From assembly GCA_000320545.1 (NCBI GenBank), contig ADNK01001701.1, positions 75,290 through 139,289 on the forward strand: a DNA stretch of 64,000 bases, written 5' to 3'. The position numbers were made by a program, and so were the translations under genes. Source of the stretch: Bigelowiella natans CCMP2755 (taxonomy: Eukaryota; Protista; Cercozoa). The notes below the pieces were generated by a model that made no database searches, was not told the origin of the DNA, and was given only the letters and a program-made list of their open reading frames with translations. The stretch's first letter is position 1, and each line of letters begins with the position of its first letter. Positions 25,760 through 39,229 of the stretch are shown in pieces.

Positions 25760-26780
25760 CACGGTCTTATATGGCGGCACCCAGGGTCGTCAATGATGCA
25801 CCTTACTCACAATGCATAGCACAAATTTAAAGTTGAGAGGGCAAAGTGCAATAGAAAATGCTAGGTGTGTAAACAAATTGATTATATTGAAAACGTAAAT
25901 CACTCTGTATTGTGTGCTCATATCGAGACATTTGTTGCATTTGCTATGCTTGAGTTTGCACATTGTTCAAGTGTTTTATAGGCTGCCAGCGATGTGTTTG
26001 TGCGCAACCGCATGTGTAACGGTGCATGGCGTACCACACTGCATCAGAAAGCTAGAAAGCTGCCTTTTCCTTAGACGTCCTTACTAGCTTATCTCATGCC
26101 CTCGCACCGGTGATTTCAATCATTTGCATTTAAATGTGTATCGTTTCGTTCGCATTTGGCATGAGATGCTGTCTAGCTGTACTAGTCTAGATCTGGCTGT
26201 GCTGCTGTAATGCATGCGAATTCCCCCACATCTATCTGCTGCATGATGAAGCCTAGTTTCTGCACGCGTGCGATGCCTGTTGCTAGTGTTGAGCTGTGCA
26301 GATGTGAAAACGCAAAAGTCACATGGCTAGATGGACTAGCTAGCTAGTGGAGGCAGGCTCTGCTAGTCTCTACTAGTTTAGATCTAGAGCTAGCTAGCTA
26401 GGGCCAGACTACCACACTACCACAGTCTAAGCAGTAGCGCGCGCGCGCGGTCTAGCGCTAGTGCGGTGCGCTGAGTTGCTAGCTTGGCTGATCGGAACCG
26501 ACGCGCTCTACTAGTCTAGCACTGCACGACATTCTGCAAGTCTAGTGACTGTATGCTGAAAAATGAATAGAGTTGCATTGGGCGAGACTAGGGGACTAGG
26601 GGAGCAAGCTAGCAAGACGTGCAAGCAATTGCACGACAGCTTCGCATCTAGCTAGCTAGGCGATGCTAAGAATAGAAACAACTAGACAATCGCGGACTAT
26701 GCATGTGACATTAGCATTGGACATGTGTAACACACCTACAACGTGTTGGTCATAGTGCTGCATCAGGACCGCATGATAAA
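25760..26780. other. TpA-depleted, strongly CTAG-enriched tail-to-tail spacer
   Basis: About 28 CTAG counted by eye in 26161-26700; other TpA contexts are scarce. Confidence 0.8.
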
Positions 26781-27077
26781 TTGGATTACTCCATTTGTTT
26801 CGACTCAGTCGGAAATTTTTTTACTAGAATTAGTTAGATATGTAGATGCTGTTCATTCACATGCAATATAAGCATGTTATAAAATGTTCGAATTTTGATT
26901 ATTATGCATCTAACAGTATACATTAATTTAACTCTTTACGGGAGCGACATCAAGGCATTGAATCATTCCATTGACGAGAATCGAACACTATTTACTATTC
27001 ACAATAGAAGATTCCCTTGTTGGGAGGATGAATATAAAAGACCACCGCAGAGGATTTGCTCTTACGAATTTCTGAAA

Positions 27078-27311
27078 TTATTCATCCAAGAGTCTGACTT
27101 CTTTGCCGCTTGCCTTCGACCATTTCGCGAGTTTAGTGGTGACTGTTTTCTCATCCATTGTACCCTTTATCACCACTGATTTCTTGTCCAGATCGCAGAT
27201 GACCTCTTTCACACCTTCAATTTTCTTGGCTATCTTTGTGATCGCGTTAGAGCAACCTGAGCAGGACATTGCTGCAAAGTATTTAATCGTCGTCTCTTTG
27301 TTTTCCGCCAT
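27078..27311 (-). CDS. ATX1: ATX1/ATOX1-type copper chaperone (single HMA domain)
   Basis: 77 aa with the MSCSGC (MxCxxC) metal-binding loop and C-terminal ASGKEV; intronless. Confidence 0.9.
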   Translation of the reverse strand: MAENKETTIKYFAAMSCSGCSNAITKIAKKIEGVKEVICDLDKKSVVIKGTMDEKTVTTKLAKWSKASGKEVRLLDE

Positions 27312-27749
27312 TTTGGGTCTGGGGAACTCTGAGAATATGGCTCCACAGTCGGATAAAACACTTCTATTTCACCTCTGAATTTGTACATACGACGTGTAAT
27401 GAATCATGTCGTTACTCTAAAAAGGGACAGTCCTAGGAGATTAACTAACTTGATGTGCATTTTGGAATTCGTGATGTGCGACAATCAAAATACTACTTTT
27501 TATGATAGAAATCCATGGGAATAATATTAGTTAATATTAGATCTAGCTCTTATTAACAGAAACATATCTTGAACACCTTCCGTTGAAGCAATATCATCCG
27601 CAGGATCGTTCATAGTCGATTACGTTGAGGCCCTCCACATACTCAATCGGCATTGCAGTGCCTTACAAGGAGTATCATGTAAGCACAGTCGTTTTCATAG
27701 CCTTTAGAATGACACTTGAAGTGACTTATTTGACTTATTCTACTTAGGA

Positions 27750-30225
27750 GACCTAGCTACGACTTAACCGGTAATATCCTTTACGCGTTGTTTCTGGGAT
27801 TATACATTTTCCTTGGACTGATGGCGGGGCTTCAGCTCTTTCGCTTAGCAAGGTATAAGTTTCCTTTGATCTTTAGTGAGTTTGTGCCAATTAATCCATG
27901 CACTAAATTTGTGAGTTGGATACCAACTGTGGAATATTACATTTTACACCTGAAGGTGCGGGAAATGGCGAAATTTTATCGGCACAATTCACCTCTCTGT
28001 GATTATAATAAGCCTCTTTCGGGTATATCGACATATATGAGAGTTCAATTCTAAGCTAAATCAGTCACCACTCGCACACTCATACACAGAGAGAGAGAGG
28101 GGGGGGGGGGGGGGGGGGAGAGGGGGGATGGAGAGAAAGGCAGCCTAACAGCACAAACCATGTTTTCAAGTACAAACGCATGCCTGATATAAATCGTGGG
28201 TAAAAAAGATTTTCAGCTTCATTGTGCTCCTCAACCGATCAATTTTCACTGTCTCTGTTTGGATGGATTTGGTATTCTTTGCGGTCCCGTTCACCCTCCT
28301 CTACACGGTGATAGAAGAATCATCAAACTTGAATCTTTTTGCTGAAATGTTTTTGCATTGTATCATCGTTGGGTTACATTAGTTTCTTCTTCTCCTCCTC
28401 CTCCTCCTCATCCTTTCTTGTTTTAGATCTATACCATTATTTTTCTTTCCTGGTTGAAAGAGGTAAGAATCAAAATCAAACGCCGCCTTTATACTGCCCA
28501 TTATCATGTGGTAAAGATGTGAGTGAAGTGAGCTTTGTATTACTTTTTACATGCTTATTTTCGATTGGTATTTCTCCAAAAGGTTCATTACCGGCGCTAC
28601 TTGCACTTGATGCCATTTCGGACAACGCGCCGAATGTAAAAATACCACATGATACCACATGCATGCTCTGTTACTGGATTGATAGCTGCCCTACTATGGT
28701 TGGTTATTAGTGGATTTGCTTGAACATAACAACAGTATCATTTTGTAATAATTCCATATGCAACAACGATTGATGACAAAAATATATATTTGCTCTGCTA
28801 CACGAAACTAGAAAGAGGCCGTCGATGAACAATCAGTACCAATGATTTTTAAATAACGAATTTTATCCCTTTTCTTCCTTCTACAATGTCCTCCTTACTG
28901 TATATATGTATGTATGTACCACAGGTATTTGGCTGCTTTTGGAATTGGAAATGCTGCACTCTGGGTGTTGATAATGATCATTTTTTTCTCGCTTGAAGGC
29001 GGAAGAAGTAGCAGCTATCTAGAATCTGTGCTTGCGACATCGGTAAATTGAGGGTGTATGATGATGATGATGATGATATGAATTGAATGCGGAAGAGAGA
29101 AAGAACTCATAGGTCTCATCCTTTTTGCAATCAGAGTAGTATTCAGTGATAACTTGATAATATTTGCAACGTTCATAGCTCATCACAACTCGAAGCAACC
29201 AACCGCAATGCTTACCCGCAATTAATCATCGCCAACAAAACTCTAACAAGCCCTTCTCTCTATATATTGTTATCGACGTTAAAAGGTCATTCCAGGCTTC
29301 AATATAATCGTAGCTGCAGTTGGCATGTTATACTCAATGATTCGGTTGGAGATTGTTAACAACAACAGTAGGATGATGTCTGGGATGCTTTCATCATCAT
29401 CATCCGGCAACATGATGGACTATGGCATGCTCGATCACAACAAAATCAAGAGCTATGAGAAAAAAAATTCTAAGAAGAAGAAGAACGTTGGCGGTGATAA
29501 TTACCATAAGCGAAAAGATCAAGAAAAGGGGGGAGATGATGATGCTGTTGTGGATCCTCCTCTTAGCATGAAAAAGCGTGATGTCATCTATGTTGGATTA
29601 TGCCTTCTAGGTCGTCACTACTACTAATATTAATATAAAAATAAGTACCATCATTAGCAAAGTAGCTACCAATCGCATGACTCGTCCTTTGAAACTCCTC
29701 TACTACTACCGTTTTCCATTTCTTCGTTATCTGTAATTATATACCATCGTGTTAACAATGCAAATTTTGAACCAAGTCGTCCCCATGAGTCCTATTTCAG
29801 TGTTGAATAATCTCGCATCATTGTCTAAGTAGTTATGATTGTCCCTCCCTCCCTCCCTCACTCCCTCAGGTGATTCTATCGTTTGGATTTGTTCGGGGTT
29901 CATAGGAGCCCCAGGCAACTACGTGGCGAATGTTGCTGTTACAGCTTCATTAGCCGCCATCGAAGCTGTTACGATGAGCATATCCTTACTACTTTGCCAT
30001 GATCGGATCTCGATGATTCTTCAGCTGAATAAAGATCTGTTGATTACCACTGAAAGGGATAGGAGGGGTAAAGAAAGGGAAGAAGCGTGGCAGAGAGGGG
30101 GAGGAGGGAAATTCTTCGGCAAACAAATGGTGGATGATGCTGATGATGATAGGAAGAATCATCAGAAGAAGGTATATTGGCGACGTGAAGTGATATCTCC
30201 CATGTCTGAAGGGGCTTCTAATAAG

Positions 30226-30258
<33 letters not shown>

Positions 30259-30294
30259 AATAGTAGTAGTCAGATTATATGGTGGTGTTCTAGC

Positions 30295-30331
<37 letters not shown>

Positions 30332-30814
30332 CATATAATGCAAAGAGAGATAGCTACATTTCGAGCTTAGTTACACAAGTCACCTCAACATGCATCCTCA
30401 CGCATGCGTTTTAGAATAAGAAGCAAGTTGCATTAATATTTGATTATGATTAACCCCTTGCATCTCATCATCTCTCTTTCTTCCTTCCCAAGGAAAAATA
30501 TTACTGTTTCGACAAGAAGCAGCATTCTCTTGGAAGAAGTGGGGGGGGGGCTTCTTCCTCCTACGTATCTGTTGAAAATAATAATAACAACAGCCACAAG
30601 AGGGTGAGTAGCAGCAGTGTGATACACCACACACGCACATGCACTTACTTACACTTAGTTACAAGTATCTTGTTTTTGCCTTGTAAAATGTCGATAAGAG
30701 TAGGGAATGTGATTTAAAATCGTAATGTTTGCGTTCCGATGCAATGATAAAAAGAAACAGTGGGAAGATCATAAAATAGCCTATCTCTCTCTCTCTATCT
30801 CTCTATCTCTCTGA

Positions 30815-30854
<40 letters not shown>

Positions 30855-30997
30855 AACATGAAACGTCATATATCGTACAACATTCCAAAAGGCTCCTCCA
30901 ATTACATTTACACTCAAGTCGCAGGGGTACGCACACACACACACGCACACACACACACGAATACACCTGTACATGAAATTATTTGTGTGTGTACATT

Positions 30998-31051
<54 letters not shown>

Positions 31052-31511
31052 GTGTGTGTGTGTATGTGTGTGTGTGTGTGTGTATGTGTGTTGTGCTGGT
31101 GTGTGTTGTGTGACATGTCAGGGAATTGCACCAAAGAAAACCCATCTTACGGATATTATTTGTTGTTGCTGTGTGGTGTGTGTGCTCGATACTATGGTTC
31201 TTCCTCTTACTACCATCACCACTACCACTACCACCACCACCACCACCACCAATACGACTACTAGATACCTCCATGACGACATCGGTAGCAGAATCAGCAG
31301 TCGAATCGGCAGTCTTTCAGGTGCTATAGGAGGGGTTTCTCCTATTATGTCACGCCAAGTAACCGCGGCCATGCAACAGCACCAGTCACGCACTCCTTCC
31401 CATAGCTTAATATCGTATTCTACATCGTCGAGACTGCATACGCGCGCAAGCCCCACCCATAGTGTATCGTCGAGACGTGAGACAAGGACATCGCCCTCTC
31501 CTAGCCTGTAA
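27750..31511 (+). CDS. Multi-pass membrane protein (7TM/THH1-TOM1-like topology) with Ser/Arg-rich tail
   Basis: Successive hydrophobic exons (LFLGLYIFLGLMAGLQLFRL; MLCYWIDSCPTM; AALWVLIMIIFF; FNIIVAAVGMLYSM; VIYVGLCLL; AVTASLAAIEAVTMSISLLL). Family call is tentative and the start is uncertain. Confidence 0.5.
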
Positions 31512-31581
31512 GGACATCTTAGAGCAATTAGATTTCAAAGGAGGGGGAATGGATTGTGGACGTCTAAAACTAACGAAAAAT

Positions 31582-31626
<45 letters not shown>

Positions 31627-31899
31627 CAGTTTTCCCCGTGGAATGAAACGTTTAATGTTGGGATGCATCGTCTACCATTATCATCTCTTAGGATCTCGTT
31701 GAAGCGGGAGAATGCAGGAACTTAAAACTTTTGCCAAACCGCACCATACTACTGAAGTCCCGAAGGATAGCTTCATTGATTTGCATGGCGGGAAGTAGAA
31801 GAAGAAGAAATGGAAAGAAATGCAACCAAAAAGTGTTCGTACTTCAGCATATATGGTTGAAGCTTCGCGACCGAACTAAATGCGGGTTCTGTTTTCATG

Positions 31900-33290
31900 A
31901 AGCTGCTGCTGCTGCCAAATGTAACAATGGGCATGACTAGATGTGATGGCCAACTTCGTTTAAGTAAAGCTTTATGTCGATCATGGGCGCATGCAACGAC
32001 AAAAAACTGAGGAACGATATCATTATTTCGCATTCTTGAATTAGAGCTGGTAGAGCCGCCATTACAGGCATCCAAAGCGCATGTTATTGCATGCACGTTG
32101 CATTGCCAAAATCTCTGGTCTGGCACAGCAGTCTAGCAGTGTTCGCACGGCGAGCACTAGCTAGAGCACGACTGTCTTGCATTCGAAGTGCAATTCTTGA
32201 GCAAGCTAGAGGGCAAATGTGAGAAAAAAGAGCGATGCAAAGAGAATTGTGCAGTCTGGCGGTGCTTTGTACAGTGATACATCGTAGCTACATAGTGAAC
32301 AGTCTAGCTAGCAGTGTTAGTGATCACAATGGAAATGGTATAAACTCAGCTATGCTTTATTAGTCGCAGGAAGGATGCCTGCAGATATATCTGTATATGC
32401 ATTGGTTCATCATTGGTTCATAAGTTGTATAAACTCGCATCGATCTTGCATTGTATTGTTATTTGAAATTGTGAAAAAGAAGCGAGCCTAATTTATTAGA
32501 ATCATAAAATAGATCGCTGCGTTTCAATGCAGCGTGCCAACAATTACTTGTATATTGTTAGTGTGTCTTGCACACGGCACCTGCCAGCCTAGTTAGTTAG
32601 CATCGCAGCCTAGCTGCGAGCAATGTGCCCACATGCATGGAGTCAAGTTGTTGCACTACTTGTTTGATGACAACGTACGCGCACACTATAACACGCGCAC
32701 TTGACAACAAAAGTAAAGAAGCAGTTTTTCTAGCTTAGCGATTCGCATCGTCGATCGAGCTTCACAAATTGCATGGTAACATTTTGACAATGTGAAGCGC
32801 CATCGTGGCAAACTAGCAAATCGCGTATATAGCCCAATAAGGCTATATAGAGCGTACCGGGTTTTAGGCACATATGTTCCCTGAGACATATGTGGTTCAT
32901 ATATCATATGTAGCGAAGAACATGTGTGTGGAACTACATATATATGTTCGCACGTGTGTACGCTATATAGCCCTATAAGGCTATATAGACGCGTGTTGCA
33001 GTGTAGGCTAGCAGGCTAGTTTCTGCCGGACCACTAAAGAAGTGGTATCCATCACCTGCCGCAGGCGTGCACATCCTTGGTGCTCCAGCACTTGGCTGTT
33101 TGCGGTGTTCGATGTGGCATGTGGTCGAATTTGAGATTTATGCTGCAGTGGAAGTGCAAACTGCACACGATGCATGTGCATGCACATGCACACGTATCGT
33201 ACGTGTCAGGGCGCGCACATCGCAGCACTAGAGCGGACTTCAGATTATTGTCCATGTCAGTACTTGACACTTACACGTGTGGTTGCACAC
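31900..33290. other. Partially TpA-depleted tail-to-tail spacer
   Basis: ctag/gcatgc/gcacac-rich tracts at 32050-32260, 32560-32720 and 33000-33290. Confidence 0.6.
32822..32993. mobile_element. ~170-bp MITE-like element with hairpin-containing terminal inverted repeats
   Basis: Left CGCGTATATAGCCCAATAAGGCTATATAGAGCGTAC vs reverse complement of right end CGCGTCTATATAGCCTTATAGGGCTATATAGCGTAC; internal hairpin CACATATGT..ACATATGTG. Confidence 0.55.
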
Positions 33291-33301
33291 ACATTCATTA
33301 C

Positions 33302-35292
33302 TCATATGGAGCCACTGCTGATGTCTGGCTTAGCCCCGTCTGATTCAAACCCTTGCTGGGTCATCCTTGCTATTTTGCGGCCCCTCTGCCCAAACATGAA
33401 GTACAACGGTACCGTGACCGTCGTTGTGAAGATAAATGAGAATACGAAGAAACCAAAATTTAGTAGAGATGCGCAATCTTTGAGGTAAGAAACGACGTCG
33501 TATACAACGCTGCTGCCGATTCCATTTATAGACTTTGGAAGATAGCTGTATGCGACCACAACTGCGTTCTGACTCCGGTTATATTCCCCCGATCCTGTTA
33601 CTTTTCCGTACAAAGGTCCAGGAAATTGTGCCACTGGGTTAAATGTGCCCTCGTGTTTCACTTTTCCAAACTCTGTCTTGCTCCTTAAATGTAAAAGATA
33701 TGAGTAACCATACATTGGTACAATAGAGTACTCGTATAATGATAGCTCGTGCAAGCTCTCCACAAAATCCGAATCATCGGTTCTGAGAAAAACCGAGAAC
33801 ATATAGCACGGATATGAAGCTTGAAAGGACCCAGTAATGTAGCTGTCTTGTAGCGTAAAATTTTTGAATATAACAGTCCCAATAACCTCACTTGGATAGT
33901 GTACTTGTTCAGCTTTTTTAGGTAGTATGGTAGATGGGAATCCTTTCAGTCCATTTCCCTCAAATACCTTGCATACGTCACAGTTTCCACCCATCATCAG
34001 CATCAATATCATGCTCATCATCATCCTGATAACTTTTTACGGGTTGAGGAGTATACCCGTATTCCCACTATTTACACCACCATTACTATTATTTGTCCAT
34101 AAAAATTTATCATCGCATCAGAATATCCACGATAATGAAATCAGAAGACACGGTCAAGTAGTCTCATAATAAAGTATAATTAAAACAGAAATTATACATA
34201 ATATATATTTTAATGCATCAATATTATATATGTATATAATATATATTATATAGAACAACCTGAAGTTGCCACACGCGTAGAGTTTGATTTACAGCGGCGG
34301 CTGAGGGAATTTTGTATTCTGTGTAGTCGAGAGGTGTCGTATAATTTACACCTGATTCCGTATTCGCGGAATATGTTCGTGCTACATACGGGACTGGGCA
34401 TTCTCCGCCTCCAAGCAATCTGTCAAAGATCAAAGTAAATTTTAAACAGGATGGGGGTTCTGAGAAAAGATCTATAATACACGAAGCCACGGTCACATAC
34501 AGAATGAGCTTCCATGCAATTATAAAATGGCAATTTTCTGTCGGGATTGATTGCATTTAGTTTTTAGACACGTACGTGTTGTATTTTCCTTGCGCGAGAA
34601 AAACCGAAAATTTCTCAAAATTATCACCAGCCTTCAACTGCCAAAAATAAATACAAAATCATTTGATTACTATCGAGTAACAATGTGGATTATTTTAGGC
34701 TGTCCGTAAAACTACCACATTTGTTCTTCATTCATAATTATTATCCTTGCCACCATCCTTATCATCATCATAACCGTGATCATGATCATCGTCATCGATA
34801 TTATTACACTTTTTCCACCTGCTTGAATGAGTACGTGAGTGCGGTCTGGCCAACATCCCTCGACAGCGTCACCGCTACTGTGATTCCTATTGCTAGGAGA
34901 ATGCTTACAGCACTTACTGCCAAAAACCACTCAAGTTTTGTGTCTAGCCAAAAATGGGACAATAATTTCGTTCTATAGTATGAGAAGGAGTATAGAGTGG
35001 GAAAGTTGGAGGACAGGGGAGCATCATCGAGGATAGCTCCTTTTTGTTCACCAACTCGCAGTCGCTCTTCAATGATCTTGTCGAGCATCTCTAAGAACAA
35101 GGGGTCCTCCTTCAGCTTTTTCAGTTTTTCTTCGACGCTGATCTCGATGATGTTGTTTTCTCCCGACTGAGATGATGATCCCAGATCATCTTTACTCATG
35201 GCGTAAGAACTCATTTTAAAGGACCTGGACTTCTCTTCCTCCCCATTCTCATTGTCCATGGAACCCATCCGCTTGTATGATGATGATGCCAT
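33302..35292 (-). CDS. Two-transmembrane protein with a large luminal/extracellular loop
   Basis: Exons 34804-35292 (TM FLAVSAVSILLAIGITVAVTL), ~34260-34420 and ~33302-33990 (TM LLNFGFFVFSFIFTTTVTVPLYFMF). Confidence 0.65.
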
Positions 35293-35826
35293 AGCACCTC
35301 CTCACCTCGCCAGTGGTATCCGTCTTCCAAATATGGTTCGTCTCCTCCTTTTGTTTTGTTTGCCGTCTTCTTTCCCCCTCCTCCTTTCCTCCTCCTCTGT
35401 CTCTTCGTCTTCCTTCTCTTCCGTTTCCGCCACGGTCACAATGGATGACAGCAGCAGTAACGGCACAAGGGCCAAAAATACATAAAAATGCCCTACAACT
35501 TCTTCATGCGTCATGAAAATAATAATCTCACTACCGGTACGTAGACTAATGAGAGATATTTTGCAACGTTCTATGACTATTATGATACTTCTACGATGTA
35601 TCTCCCATGGATTATTATCTAGTTTGAAAGAGATTCGGAGGAGAAAAGAAGAAAGAATATAAGATATGCTTCGATGTTTCACAGATAAAATCTTATTTCT
35701 GGTGGAAAATGAGAGGATTGAAATCGAAGGAGGAGGAAAGAAGAAAGATATTTTGTTTATTATGTTGAGATAAACATCCGATAAATTATTGTCTGAAAGG
35801 AAATAATGAAAAACAGAACAATAAGA

Positions 35827-37556
35827 ATGGGGTGGAGGTGGTTGTTTCGATCAAATTCAAGACAAGAAATTGGGGGCGGAGGAGGAGGAGGACTCGTTCG
35901 TCGATGCCTTTCACTTAGGTCTACACTAATCAACTAACTTTAAATACCTGTCCAAAGTATGATAGAGAGTGTTGAAGGAGGAAGAAGGGGAGGGGAGGAG
36001 ATGTGGAGATGACAACTCGCCCCTTTTTGTAGGATTCGACGAGGGGTGATTCTTTGTCCAACCCCTGCTCTATCACAATCGAGGATGATCGCTACACATG
36101 GAGCCACAGCCAAATTCTGCTCTTTGTCTTCATCATCTTCCTCATCTTCTTCGTCAGCTCTATTCGCTTTGCCCAGGCGCCAATTGAGCAGCTGCTCCTC
36201 CGACCACCATTTAAATGGAGATTCGTCATCAGCACATGAAGTCAGCAAGGACGGCAGAGAAGTATGTTATTATGAGTTGAAATGCTAAAATCATCTAGGT
36301 TCACCACATGTTCCTGCTGTTAATTGATATGTTTTCCTCCCATGAATCTTCTTCTGCGCACTACCTTTGTTCCCTTCCCTTCTGACTGGTTTTTATTTAA
36401 TGATACCATCTTCACCATTTTTCAATTTTCTTCTGGCTGCTACAAAAATATTAATGTGTGCGTTTGTTTGTTTGTGTATTCAATTCGTGCTTTCTCTAAT
36501 GATCAGACGCGTGTTTGGTGGAGACGGCAACCAAAAACTGCTCTTTTAGTTAAGAAGTTTCGAGATCCTTTAGTGACGCACAAAGCGATTGAGGTATTGC
36601 AAACCGCAAACCTAGTGACATTTCTCCATGAATACTAGCCGATGGGTGACAAATTTTTGCTCGACTATCCTCCCCCCTCATTACGCCGCTTACACAGGTT
36701 GCAAATTATCTATCTTCTAGAGGAATCTGTGTCGTAGTTGACAGTTGGCGGAACGCACGTAGGAGCAAACTCGCCGCCGCTTAACGATCATTCTTGATAA
36801 TATCTAAATAATGTAAACGCCAACCTTAGTTGGCGATTCTGCTTGAATGCCCTTGAGACAGAATAAAATCCATGGTTAAATTTCGAGCAACTACTTTTCA
36901 AATCTTGTGTGCCCTCTTGGTGGTATGTATGATAGATTGGAATTGGCGATGATATTAAACCTTGTATAATATGTGTGTGTGTTTGTGTGGTTGTATTTAT
37001 ATCTGTTTGTGTGTGTGTGTGTTACTACGCTGCTGTTACTGTAGTAGTGGTAATAGCCGTAGTCGTGGTACATTCTCGTCAGTTCTTCAATTGATTATAA
37101 GAACAACACACATATAGTGGATATGGAAGATCGATACAAAGTTGTAAATCCGCGCTCTGAGGATGCTCGAATTGATTTGGTTAGTATTACTTATTTCTTA
37201 TTATCATCATTATTACTATTTTAGTTTTGAATATAGTTAGTAGAAAGTTCTTCTTACTACGTACGTAGTAACATGGTGCTTGTAATCCTTAACAAGTATA
37301 CTTCTACAACAACATTCACATACTGTCAAACGCTGCATATCGCTGCTAGTACCTCATTCTTTTGACTTATTTACAATTTTAAGCATTGCTTTATTGGCCT
37401 TAATGTGTGTGTTACTGAGAAGGTGTCTTTGTTGTTGTTGTTGTTGTTGTTGTTGTGTGTATGATTTTTATAGGTTATATGCCTTGGAGGTGACGGAACA
37501 ATACTACACGCAAATAGCATCCTCAACACACTCAAGGACCACGTGAAAGGAATTCA

Positions 37557-37587
<31 letters not shown>

Positions 37588-38157
37588 CGTGGTAGTCGTC
37601 AGATAATTGATTGAGGAGGAAGAACACAGGGCAAAGTACTACTACATACATACATACATATGTTGTATGTATGTATGTATGTATGTATGTGAAAGCAGCA
37701 GGAAAAATAGCCGGAGTCTCTTCTTCCATTATATGTTTATTCATTCATTAGTTCGTAGTATTTTCAGTCATGCATTATATGTTTATTCATTCATTAGTTC
37801 GTAGTATTTTCAGTCATGAAAGCAGCAGCTACTTCATCATCATCATCATCTTCTTCTTCTTGTTCTTCTTGTTCTTCTTCTTGTTGTTAGATCTACCTCC
37901 TGTAATTAGTTTTGCGATGGGTTCCCTAGGGTTCCTCACACCTTTTTCTGCTAGTGACTGGTTTCCAACACTTGAACATGTAAGATGATGATGATCATGA
38001 TGATGATCATGATGATGATCATGATGATGTAATTGGTATGATCACTATTGATATTGTAATATGTACTACTACTACTACTACTCCTCCTCCTCCCCCTCAT
38101 CCTCTTTCATCATCCCTCCCCCCTCTGCATTATTCCAAACTGATGATAAATTAGACG

Positions 38158-38188
<31 letters not shown>

Positions 38189-38401
38189 CTTAGGTCCCTC
38201 TTTCGCTTTTTCTTCTTCTTGTTTTTCTCCCTTCTACTCTACTCCTCTCTTCTTCTATCAGATATTGGGTGCAAAAACCGAGGAGGAAGGAGTGCATTGC
38301 AGCATGCGAACACGATTGATATGCACTGTGGGTGTTGTTATTGTTGTTTGTGGTGGTGCAGTATATTGCAGCATGCGAACATGATTGATATGCACTTTGG
38401 G

Positions 38402-38438
<37 letters not shown>

Positions 38439-39197
38439 CGTGGTGGTGGTGCTGTATATTGCAGCATGCGAACATGTTTGATATGCACAGTGTTTGGTCA
38501 CTTGCTGCAGCTGCTGCTACTACTGCTGTGTTTCACCATCACCATGTCCCCTCCCACTCCCTTTTTGTTGGTAAAGATATATTCATTTAGTGAATAAACA
38601 AACGATGATAGCAGCATATTAGTTCTCGTGTGGGTATGCATTACTTATTTTTATTGAATGTAGTCACAAGAAGATGGGAAACAGCATTGTGTCTTGAATG
38701 ATATTGTTATCAGCAGAGGAGTATCTCCAAGGTGATGATGATGATGATGATCATGATGATGATGATGATGAGAAGGAGGATAATTAAGATGATGATGATG
38801 ATGATAATGACGAAAAGCATGTCGCAGTTGGTGGAAGTTGTATTTTTTAAAAAATAAATTCCCCATTATCTACTATATTCACTGACTATTATTTTTGAGT
38901 TTGGTATTGAGATCTACACTGGCAGTCTTACACGTCGTCGTTTTGTTCGAGTGAATGATTCTTTTATTATCTTCTCAATAAATTAAATCCGTATTGACTA
39001 TTTGTTGATCTCCTCCTCCTCCTCTTTTCTTCTTCCATATGATGTTTGATGTAGCTTATGCAAATTGGTGGTCCACGTAGACAATCAACCGGTGAGAGAG
39101 CTGCTACTATTGACTGCTACGACTGCTACGACTGCTAATAGTAGTACAGCTACTACGATCACGACTACTAATTCTAATAGTACAGCTGCTGCTGATG

Positions 39198-39229
<32 letters not shown>

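Noticed and set aside
30781-31329. ORFs with CVCV, SLSL, YIYI, ERER or poly-H/T/V runs
   Set aside because: Translations of intronic microsatellites.
38293-38495. CRISPR-like repeat-spacer array
   Set aside because: Only three degenerate copies derived from coding sequence, microsatellite spacers, eukaryotic context, no cas genes.
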